Assembly (NCBI GenBank): GCA_964370965.1
Contig: CAYJLW010000010.1
Coordinates: 4,227-68,226, forward strand
From: an uncultured Acidimicrobiia bacterium
GTDB lineage: Bacteria; Actinomycetota; Acidimicrobiia; UBA2766
Length of the DNA stretch: 64,000 bases
Direction of reading: 5' to 3'
Positions 56,639-64,000 of the stretch are shown one piece after another. The notes below the pieces were generated by a model. That model was given only the letters and a program-made list of their open reading frames with translations, ran no database searches and was not told the DNA's origin. The translations under genes and the position numbers were made by a program. Numbering within the stretch: the first letter of the stretch is position 1; each line of letters starts with the position of its first letter.

Positions 56639-58138
56639 ATGACAGCTCGGCATCGGACGTCCTCCCTGGTGCTGCTCACCGCCTTGGCCCTCACGCTGGT
56701 GAGCTGCACGAGCCCCCAGGGCGACGACACCTCGACGGGGGGCTTCGGGACGGGCGGCTCGACAGGAGGCAACCTCAAGATCGGGGTCGTGGGAGCCTTC
56801 AGCGGCCCCGTCTCCTACGTGGGCAACGCCGTCCTCAACGGGGTGAACTACGCGAAGGACCTGCTGAACGAGAAGGGCGGCGTCCTCGGGCGCAAGGTCG
56901 AGGTCGTGAAGTGCGACGGCCAGTTCTCGCCGTCCACGGAGGTGAACTGCCTCACGAAGCTCTCCAGCGTCGACGACGTCGACCTCATCGTCACCGACGA
57001 CAGCCAGGGGGTGAACACCCTCGGGCCGGCGAAGACGGCGGCCCTCAAGGTCCCCGTCCTGTTCCCTGTTGCCGCCCCGGCACGCATCGACGTGAAGGAG
57101 ACCCCGAACTTGTTCTCCCTCGGCGCCACGGGCACCGACCCTGCCGCACCCGAGGGCGACATCGCTGTGCTCTCGAAGTTCCTCGTCCAGGACAAGGGCT
57201 ACAGGCGTTTCGCCGTCATCCAGATGGACGTGGGTCCCTTCGCCACCGCGACGAAGGTCTTCCAACAGCTCATCGGCCAGTACGGCGGCCAGGTCGTCAC
57301 CGTGCAGAAGTTCCAGATCGGCGACGTCGACATGTCGAGCCAAGTGCGGGCCGCCCAGAACGCCAACGCCCAGGTCGTGGTCTGCCTGGGCCTCGGTGCC
57401 GACTGCGCCCGCGTCGCACAGGCCATGGCGCGCTCGGGCTACAAGGCGCAACTCGCGGGCACGGCCACGTTCTACATGCGGGCGTTCAGGGAGCTCGCCA
57501 AGGGCGCCACCAACGACGCCGTCTTCACGGTTCCCCGCTCCGAGAACGTCGATCCCGCCTTCCTGCAGTGGCTCTTCGAGTACTTCCGCCGCTACGGCGT
57601 GAAGACGTTCCTCATCAACGGCTCCAAGTCCCCCGACTACCCGGGCCTCGAGCTCCCCGCCTACTGCGCTGTGGACATCTACGCCAAGGCCGCCCGCGTA
57701 GCGAGGTCGACGGAGGCCGCCAAGGTCATCAAGGCCCTGGAGCGCTCCCGGGGCTACCGCTGCGTCGCCACGCAACGCACGTGGTCACCCGCCGACCACG
57801 CCGCCACGGTCGATCCTCCCGCCGAGCCGTGGGTCACCCGGTTCAAGAACGGCCACCTCATGTGGGACTGGGATCCGAGAGGCGTGCCCGCCCTCGAGGA
57901 CGCCCGCTACGCCGTGGAGGAGGATGCGCTCACTGCCGGCTACAAAACGGATGCCGACGCGGTCATCGGCATCGCCGGGGCATACCTCTCCGAGATCGAG
58001 AAACGCCAGGCCGAGATCGTCCCCCGCATCGGCCAGGAGGAGTACGACAAGCAGGTCACCCAACTGAAGCAGGCGATCGCGGCGGCGAAGTCCCTGAAGA
58101 AGTCCGGCAAGGCCCGCAAGCTCCCCGAGATCGACTGA
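56639..58138 (+). CDS. ABC substrate-binding lipoprotein (Liv-type) with C-terminal extension
   Basis: RBS GGAGAAGGAG. Signal and lipobox LTALALTLVSC. PBP type I fold. Confidence 0.8.
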   Translation: MTARHRTSSLVLLTALALTLVSCTSPQGDDTSTGGFGTGGSTGGNLKIGVVGAFSGPVSYVGNAVLNGVNYAKDLLNEKGGVLGRKVEVVKCDGQFSPSTEVNCLTKLSSVDDVDLIVTDDSQGVNTLGPAKTAALKVPVLFPVAAPARIDVKETPNLFSLGATGTDPAAPEGDIAVLSKFLVQDKGYRRFAVIQMDVGPFATATKVFQQLIGQYGGQVVTVQKFQIGDVDMSSQVRAAQNANAQVVVCLGLGADCARVAQAMARSGYKAQLAGTATFYMRAFRELAKGATNDAVFTVPRSENVDPAFLQWLFEYFRRYGVKTFLINGSKSPDYPGLELPAYCAVDIYAKAARVARSTEAAKVIKALERSRGYRCVATQRTWSPADHAATVDPPAEPWVTRFKNGHLMWDWDPRGVPALEDARYAVEEDALTAGYKTDADAVIGIAGAYLSEIEKRQAEIVPRIGQEEYDKQVTQLKQAIAAAKSLKKSGKARKLPEID

Positions 58139-58173
58139 CAGGGGGCCATGCCCAAACCCCGCACGGTCCCGTC

Positions 58174-59124
58174 GTGTCGTCCGACAGAACCGTGTTCTCC
58201 TACCCTGTGCGAACCGTGACCGACGCCATCCAGATCCTCGTACAGGGACTCACGCAGGGGGTGGTCTACGCCCTCCTCGCCATGGGTCTCGCCCTCGTGT
58301 ACCGCACCACGAAAGTGATCAACTTCGCCCACGGCGAGCTCATGATCTTCGCCGTCTACGTGATGTACGTCCTGAACCAGAACCCGCTCCGGCCCGTCCC
58401 CTACCCGCTCGCCGCCCTCGCCGGCATCGGCGTCGCCGTCGGACTCGGGACGCTCGTCTACCTCGTGGCCATCAAGCGCGTGACCCGCTTCACGGGCTCC
58501 ATCGGCTGGGTGCTGGGCACCATCGCCGCCGCGGCCGTCATCCAGGAGGGCCTCGTCGCGATCATCGGCAACTCCGAACCCCAGGCGATCCCGGGACCTT
58601 TCGCGCATCTCGGCGTGGTCCGCCTCGGCGGTGTCGTCATCGCCCAGGAGTACCTCGTCACGGCGGCGATCGGTCTCCTGATCGTGATCGCGTTCGACTT
58701 CCTGGAGAGTCGCACCCGCCTGGGGCGGGCGATGCAGGCAGTGGCCGAGAACCCCGACGCCGCCGCGCTCGTCGGCATCAGCCGCACACGCATCACCTAC
58801 ACGGCGTTCGCTCTCGCCGCCGCCACCGCCGCCGTTGCCGGCCTGCTCGTGACACCCATCACCTTCGCGCAGCCCTCCAAGGGCGCCGAATTCACGGTGC
58901 TGGCGCTCACCGCGGCTCTCCTCGGGGGCATCGACCGGGTCCGGGCCGCCGCCCTCGGGGGCCTCCTGCTCGGCCTCTTCGAGATCGTGCTCGGACGGAT
59001 CCTGAACGACGCCGGCTCCTCACTGCTCTCCCTGCGCAACGTCTTCGTCTTCTCGCTCCTCATCCTCGTCCTCGTCATCCGCCCCAGAGGCGTGTTCGGC
59101 GCCCGTGTTGCGGAGCGCGTGTGA
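58174..59124 (+). CDS. livH: branched-chain-amino-acid-type ABC permease (LivH-like)
   Basis: ILVQGLTQGVVYALLAMGLALVY... GTG start is uncertain; alternatives are 58192 and 58207. Confidence 0.8.
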   Translation: MSSDRTVFSYPVRTVTDAIQILVQGLTQGVVYALLAMGLALVYRTTKVINFAHGELMIFAVYVMYVLNQNPLRPVPYPLAALAGIGVAVGLGTLVYLVAIKRVTRFTGSIGWVLGTIAAAAVIQEGLVAIIGNSEPQAIPGPFAHLGVVRLGGVVIAQEYLVTAAIGLLIVIAFDFLESRTRLGRAMQAVAENPDAAALVGISRTRITYTAFALAAATAAVAGLLVTPITFAQPSKGAEFTVLALTAALLGGIDRVRAAALGGLLLGLFEIVLGRILNDAGSSLLSLRNVFVFSLLILVLVIRPRGVFGARVAERV

Positions 59125-61109
59125 GCAGACGCTTCCTCGTGTACCGCCGCTGGCCCCTCGGCGTCGTCCTGCTGGGAGCGCTGCTCGGCGTCGCCCTCCT
59201 CACGCAGAACCCGTACTACATGCGCCTCTTCATCTGGTACGGGGCGATCTACGCCCTGATCGTGGCCGGCCTCAACGTCCTCACCGGAGCCACAGGGCAG
59301 GTGTCCCTCGGCCACGTGGCGCTGTTCGCGATCGGCGCCTACGTGTCGGGCTGGCTGGGAGTGGCGAAGCTCCCCTGGGCGATCTGCGCCCTCGCCGCCG
59401 TCGCCTGCGCAGCCGCCGGCGGCCTCCTCATAGGGGCCCCTGCCCTGCGCCTCAAGGGTGCCTACCTGGCGCTGGCGACCCTGGCGTTCGCCCTCGTCGT
59501 CCTGCAACTGCTCGAGGCGCTCCCCAAGGCCCTCGACATCCCCGGGGGGGACGCCGCCGTCCTGGGCGTTCCCCGGCCGGCGTTCGGCTCCCTCGTGCCC
59601 CGCACCGAGGCTCAGTACTACGTGTTCGCAGTCCTCGTGGCCGCCCCGTTCGTGTGGGTGTCCCGCAACGTCTTCTGGTCCGCCACCGGCCGCCAGCTCC
59701 AGGCGGTACGTGACGACGAGTACGCCGCCCGCGCCCTGGGGATCTCCGTCTACCCGGCGAAGCTCTCCGCCTTCGTGTTCTCCGCCGCCTGCGCCGGTCT
59801 CGCCGGCGCCCTGTTCGCCTCCATGAACGGCAACGTCTTCCGCAACGACTTCACGCAGGTCGACTCGTTGCGCTACGTCGTGGCCCTCCTCATCGGCGGC
59901 CTCGCCGCCCCCGTGGCCGGGCCGGTCTGGGGGGCCCTCGCCACCGTCGGCCTCACGTACGTGGGCCAGACGTACTTCCAGGACAAGCAGGCGCTCCTCA
60001 CGGCCGTCGTCTTCCTGGGCGTTCTCGCCCTGTTCCCCCGGGGCATCGGAGGCCTCCTGCGGCGCACCCCGCTCGCCCGCTGGCTGCCGGGCCCCGGCCC
60101 CACGCTGGTCGCCGCCGGGGTCCTGCGCCGTGGCGGCACGCTCGCCGACGTCGAGCGTCTCGCCCACTCCGACGCCGGAGCCGACGCCGCTGCCGTGGCC
60201 GCGCTCGCCGGCCCCCCGCCACCGTCGCCGCCGTCGGGCGCCGCGCTGCCGGCGGGCCCCCTGTTCGGGGTGCCGCCCCGCAAGCCGGACGACACCGGGC
60301 GCCCCGTCCCCGCCTGGGGACCCGTCGCCCTCGACGACCGCCCCGCCCTCCTGGACGTCACCCAGGTCTCGAAGCGCTTCGGGGGCGTGCAGGCCGTCGA
60401 CGGCGTTTCTTTCACGGTGCGAGCGGGGTCGATCCACGTCCTCATGGGCCCCAACGGCTCCGGCAAGTCCACGGTTCTGGACCTCGTCACGGGTCTCACC
60501 CGAACGGACTCCGGGCGCGTCAACCTCGCCTCCCGCGACATCACCGGACTGGCGGCGCACCGCCGCGCCCGGGCAGGCATCGCCCGCACGTTCCAGGAGA
60601 TCCGCCTGTTCGGGTCTCTCACCGCCCTGGAGAACTGCATGGTCGGGGTGCCCACACGCCACCGCGTCCTCACCCAGGTCCTCCGGGTCCCGGGCGCCCG
60701 CGACGAGGACGCCCGGCACGCCGCGGAGGCGCTCGACATCCTGGAGGCCTGGGGCCTGGGCGAGTTCGCCGGACGCCCGGCGAGCGCCCTCTCCTACGGC
60801 CAACGCAAGATGCTGGAGCTCGCCCGGGCGGCGTCACGGCACCCGCAGATCCTCCTCGTGGACGAACCCTCCGCCGGACTCAACCCCCGCTGGGTCGCCG
60901 CCATGGTCGACGCCCTCTCCGGCCTCAGGGACGCGGGCCTCACACTGCTTGTCGTGGAACACCACCAGGACGTCATCGCCGACCTCGCCGACACGGTCAC
61001 GGTTCTCGACCAGGGGCGGGTCATCGCCGAAGGCCCCCCGGCGTACGTGCAGCGGCTCCCGACCGTCCTCGACGTGTACCTGGGCACCCCCATCGGGGTG
61101 GCGCCGTGA
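59121..61109 (+). CDS. fused LivM-type permease / LivG-type ATPase
   Basis: GTGA overlap with the livH stop. Permease half, then GPNGSGKST...LSYGQRKMLELARA...LLVDEPSAG in one ORF. Confidence 0.8.
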   Translation: MSRRFLVYRRWPLGVVLLGALLGVALLTQNPYYMRLFIWYGAIYALIVAGLNVLTGATGQVSLGHVALFAIGAYVSGWLGVAKLPWAICALAAVACAAAGGLLIGAPALRLKGAYLALATLAFALVVLQLLEALPKALDIPGGDAAVLGVPRPAFGSLVPRTEAQYYVFAVLVAAPFVWVSRNVFWSATGRQLQAVRDDEYAARALGISVYPAKLSAFVFSAACAGLAGALFASMNGNVFRNDFTQVDSLRYVVALLIGGLAAPVAGPVWGALATVGLTYVGQTYFQDKQALLTAVVFLGVLALFPRGIGGLLRRTPLARWLPGPGPTLVAAGVLRRGGTLADVERLAHSDAGADAAAVAALAGPPPPSPPSGAALPAGPLFGVPPRKPDDTGRPVPAWGPVALDDRPALLDVTQVSKRFGGVQAVDGVSFTVRAGSIHVLMGPNGSGKSTVLDLVTGLTRTDSGRVNLASRDITGLAAHRRARAGIARTFQEIRLFGSLTALENCMVGVPTRHRVLTQVLRVPGARDEDARHAAEALDILEAWGLGEFAGRPASALSYGQRKMLELARAASRHPQILLVDEPSAGLNPRWVAAMVDALSGLRDAGLTLLVVEHHQDVIADLADTVTVLDQGRVIAEGPPAYVQRLPTVLDVYLGTPIGVAP

Positions 61110-61918
61110 CAGGCCCCGGGGCGATGGCGGGCGTCGCACCCGCCGTGACGGCGCCGGGCGCCCACCGACTGACGCTCGAGTTCCACGACGTCGGCGTCCA
61201 CTACGGCCCCGTTGTCGCAGTGGACGGATTCAACGCCTGGGTGGGTGCCGGGGAGATCGTCGCTCTCCTGGGCTCCAACGGCTCGGGCAAGTCCACGGTC
61301 CTGAGGGCGGCCTCGGGCCTCGTCCCCACCGCCGAGGGCCGCATCGCCTTCGCCGGGAAGTGGATCCACGGGATGCGCTCCCCTGAGATCGTCCGGCGTG
61401 GCCTCGTGCAGATCCCTCAGGGTCGCATGGTGTTCTCGGACCAGACCGTCGAAGCCAATCTGCTCTTGGGCGCCCACACCCGGGGCCGCCTCACGAATGT
61501 CGTCCGCGACGACGTCGCCGCCATCTTCGAGGCCTTCCCGAAGCTCGCGGACAGGCGCCGCAACCTGGCGGGAACCCTGTCGGGCGGGGAGCAGCAGATG
61601 CTCGCCGTCGCCCGGGGTCTGATGTCGCGCCCGCGCATGCTCATGCTGGACGAGCCGTCGCTCGGGCTCGCCCCGATCATCCAGCGCCAGATCTTCGACA
61701 CGATCCGCCAGCTCGCCGACACCGGCCTCGGGGTCCTCGTCGTCGAGCAGATGGCCCACCTCGCCCTCGAGGTCGCCGACCGCGGCTACGTCCTCGACCG
61801 CGGCCGCCTCGTGGCATGGGGCACCCCCGACGAGCTCAGGGCGTCCGGAAAGCTGGTGGAGGCCTACCTCGGCAAGTCGAGGGGGGACTCCGTCCCCCCT
61901 CGATCTCCTCCCCCCTGA
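61106..61918 (+). CDS. livF: ABC ATP-binding protein (LivF-like)
   Basis: GSNGSGKST...LSGGEQQMLAVARGL...LMLDEP. GTGA overlap with the upstream gene. Confidence 0.85.
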   Translation: MTGPGAMAGVAPAVTAPGAHRLTLEFHDVGVHYGPVVAVDGFNAWVGAGEIVALLGSNGSGKSTVLRAASGLVPTAEGRIAFAGKWIHGMRSPEIVRRGLVQIPQGRMVFSDQTVEANLLLGAHTRGRLTNVVRDDVAAIFEAFPKLADRRRNLAGTLSGGEQQMLAVARGLMSRPRMLMLDEPSLGLAPIIQRQIFDTIRQLADTGLGVLVVEQMAHLALEVADRGYVLDRGRLVAWGTPDELRASGKLVEAYLGKSRGDSVPPRSPPP

Positions 61919-61987
61919 AGCCTGCCGCACGGAGTTGCGTCCCCCAAGGCAGTGCCGCCCCCGGTGGGAGTGGCGGGTCACCATCGC

Positions 61988-62006
61988 GGCCGGGCGGAGC
62001 CCGGCC
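61988..62006. terminator. GC hairpin GGCCGGGC-gga-GCCCGGCC between convergent genes, followed by (CTGA)3
   Basis: Perfect 8-bp stem with 3-nt loop, between the livF stop (61918) and the convergent gene stop (62020). No U-tract. Confidence 0.3.
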
Positions 62007-62019
62007 TCTGACTGACTGA

Positions 62020-63204
62020 CTACCGGCGCTCGCCGCCGCCTGTCGTCACGGGCGCGGATTCCTCGCCAGGCATCTCCTCGGACCCCATGGCGGACGCTTC
62101 CCTCTCGTCTTCCGGGGCTTCCCGCTTCTGCTCGACGGCGTCGGGCTCGACGCGACCGGCGTGCTCGGCGGCAGCCTGCTCGAGGCGCTGCGTCTCGAGG
62201 TCGTTGCCGCACATGGGGCAGACCGCCCAGCGCTCGTCTTGGATGCGCGCCCCGCACGCCCAGCACGAGTCGTCGGGGAACTCGGTCCAGAGCTGCCAGG
62301 CGACGAAGTCCCGCCCGAGCAGGGCGAGGGCCAGGATCGGCCCGAACGCCGTGAGGCCGTACACGCGAAGGCCACCCGGGACCCACTTCACGAGCCAGGC
62401 GGCGGCGTCGGACGCCTCCCGGATGAACAGGAACGTGAAGTACGGCAGCAGGAACACCAGCACGTACAGGAGGGTGCGCTTGATGCTGCGCGTGACATAG
62501 AAGGCGAACGCCACGAACGCCGTCGAGAAGACCCACGGGACGACGAAGCGCGCCACGCGTACCCCGTTGTTCGTGGGGCCCGGCGCCAGCCACAGGTAGC
62601 CCCGCACGACGACGAATGACACGGTGGAGGTGAGGCCGGCCATGAACAGGACGTAGACGAGGATCCAGAACAGCCCGGCGGTGCGCCGGCCCCGGTCCCG
62701 GTGGGTGACCGGGCGCAGCCACGGCCTGCGGCGGTCGAAGAAACGCCGGACGTCCTGTGCGTCACCGGTCTCGCCGTCGTCGGCGCCGGACGTGGCGCTC
62801 CCTGTCACCTTCGACTCCGGGGTGCTCGGACGTTGCCCGGCGGATGCGGCGATCGCCCGCAGCGGAGCGTCGAGCTCGTCGTCCGCTGTGTCCTCGTCCT
62901 CCTCGGCCCCGGATACCGGGGCCGCCTCGGTCTCGGCGGCCCGCACGGCCTCCACGAAGGCGTCGGGGGCGGGCACGCCCAGCGGGAACCCCATGGGCGA
63001 CACGTCGTCCGCCTCGACGGCAACGGCCTCCGAGGCGAGCGCGACCACGGATTCCGGGGCGGGCTCCTCCCCGTCATCGGACGCCGCGTCAGGGACGTCC
63101 ACGGCCTCCGGGGCCGTGTCGGCCTCACCGGTTGGCTGTTCCGCACCGGCGGTGGCGCCGGCGTCGTCGGTGGCGTCGTCTTCGACTGGGTCGCTGGTGT
63201 CCAT
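62020..63204 (-). CDS. membrane protein with acidic low-complexity N-terminus and C-terminal zinc ribbon
   Basis: D/E/A-rich 180 aa, then four TM helices, then CWACG...CPMCG. Confidence 0.5.
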   Translation of the reverse strand: MDTSDPVEDDATDDAGATAGAEQPTGEADTAPEAVDVPDAASDDGEEPAPESVVALASEAVAVEADDVSPMGFPLGVPAPDAFVEAVRAAETEAAPVSGAEEDEDTADDELDAPLRAIAASAGQRPSTPESKVTGSATSGADDGETGDAQDVRRFFDRRRPWLRPVTHRDRGRRTAGLFWILVYVLFMAGLTSTVSFVVVRGYLWLAPGPTNNGVRVARFVVPWVFSTAFVAFAFYVTRSIKRTLLYVLVFLLPYFTFLFIREASDAAAWLVKWVPGGLRVYGLTAFGPILALALLGRDFVAWQLWTEFPDDSCWACGARIQDERWAVCPMCGNDLETQRLEQAAAEHAGRVEPDAVEQKREAPEDEREASAMGSEEMPGEESAPVTTGGGERR

Positions 63205-63378
63205 CGGCCGAGGCTACCTCCGGCGCCCGGGGGGACCCGGGAGTGCGCTGTTCGGGCCGATCGCGAGATCGGCCGACCCACCGACGGGGTCGTTCCCTCG
63301 CGAACGGCCCCCGTACTAGGCGGCCAATTCGGCGTGCTCCTAGGATGCGGGACGCTCCCGACGCCCGTGAGGAGGCCC

Positions 63379-64000
63379 ATGCCCGGCTTCGCCGCCGCCG
63401 ACCGCCAGATGACCCTCGACCGCCTTGCCCGGCGCACCTACGACGTCGTGGTCGTGGGGGGCGGCATCACCGGCTGCGGCGCCGCCCTCGACGCGGCGGC
63501 GCGCGGCCTTTCCGTGGCCCTGCTGGAGAAGGACGACCTCGCCTCCGGGACCTCCTCGCGTTCCTCCAAGCTCGTCCACGGCGGCCTCCGCTACCTACAG
63601 TCACGCGACTTCCGCCTCGTCTACGAGGCCCTCGCCGAGCGTCAGCGGCTGCTCCACATCGCCCCCCATCTCGTCCGCCAGCTCGACTTCCTCATCCCCC
63701 ACTACGGATCGAGGACCTTCAAGAGGGCGATCAGCACCGGCCTCTGGCTCTACGACCTCACGGGCGGCTTTCGCATCGGGAAGATCCACAAGCCGGTCGG
63801 GGCGGAGGAGGCCTTCGCCCAGATGCCCACGCTCACGACGGCGAAGCTCCAGGGCGGCTGGTACTACCCGGACGCCCAGGCCGACGACGCCCGCCTCACG
63901 ATGGCGATCGCCCGCACGGCGGCGCTGCGTTTCGGGGCCGACGTCGCCACCTACGCGCAGGTCGAGGGGGTGGAGAAGGACCCATCCGGACGCGTGCGGG
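63379..64000 (+). CDS. glpD: FAD-dependent glycerol-3-phosphate dehydrogenase (5' part, continues past window end)
   Basis: RBS GAGGAGG. YDVVVVGGGITGCGAALDAAARGLSVALLEKDDLASGTSSRSSKLVHGGLRYL. Confidence 0.8.
   Translation, partial: MPGFAAADRQMTLDRLARRTYDVVVVGGGITGCGAALDAAARGLSVALLEKDDLASGTSSRSSKLVHGGLRYLQSRDFRLVYEALAERQRLLHIAPHLVRQLDFLIPHYGSRTFKRAISTGLWLYDLTGGFRIGKIHKPVGAEEAFAQMPTLTTAKLQGGWYYPDAQADDARLTMAIARTAALRFGADVATYAQVEGVEKDPSGRVR

Noticed and set aside
56201-57775. 524-aa minus-strand ORF
   Set aside because: Antisense to the TetR and SBP genes. Low-complexity translation.
58797-62722. 668-aa and 642-aa minus-strand ORFs
   Set aside because: Antisense to the LivM-LivG and LivF genes. 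Arg/Gly/Glu-rich with no recognisable domain.
1-64000. CRISPR arrays, rRNA or tRNA genes, IS transposases or integrases
   Set aside because: No spaced direct-repeat arrays seen. No tRNA-like cloverleaf candidates recognised by eye. No transposase or integrase-like translations in any frame. A proper tRNA scan was not possible without tools.

Overview
High-GC (about 70%) actinobacterial-type chromosomal window of about 55 protein genes. I found no rRNA, tRNA or CRISPR array. Core content is housekeeping and metabolic: acs, pfkA, glpK, trpD, lon, a ROK glucokinase, an AlaC-like aminotransferase, FadD, an acyl-CoA dehydrogenase, a CaiB-type CoA-transferase, plsC, PPK2, and a partial glpD at the right edge. 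There are two divergent paralogous branched-chain-amino-acid-type ABC transporter loci (58163-61918 on +, 44209-55531 on -). Each encodes a fused LivM-LivG permease/ATPase. The minus-strand locus also carries three tandem substrate-binding lipoproteins and is headed by a 972-aa secreted protein. A TetR gene and a palindromic operator lie between the two loci. Other content: a VapBC pair, a WhiB regulator, a sulfotransferase/GT4 pair, a SepH-like DUF3071 protein, and several zinc-ribbon proteins. The most unusual feature is at the left edge. A LexA-box-preceded dnaE2 (ImuC) homologue is cut into an 852-codon N-terminal body (1866-4424, -) and a separate C-terminal fragment (1-231, -). The intervening ~1.63-kb segment is bounded by near-identical 10/11-bp direct repeats, CTCA(A)GGGGGG, each containing the TGA that terminates the adjacent dnaE2 reading frame. 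That segment carries a complete DtxR/IdeR-family metalloregulator gene on the opposite strand and a 213-aa orphan ORF. A second LexA-box-like palindrome lies 45 bp upstream of the metalloregulator gene, inside the dnaE2 C-terminal fragment. Second candidate: a co-directional Get3/ArsA-like ATPase - Lon - eRF1/Pelota-like (baeRF-type) gene set, which may be a protein/ribosome quality-control module. All calls are from manual reading of the six-frame translations. No database search was run.
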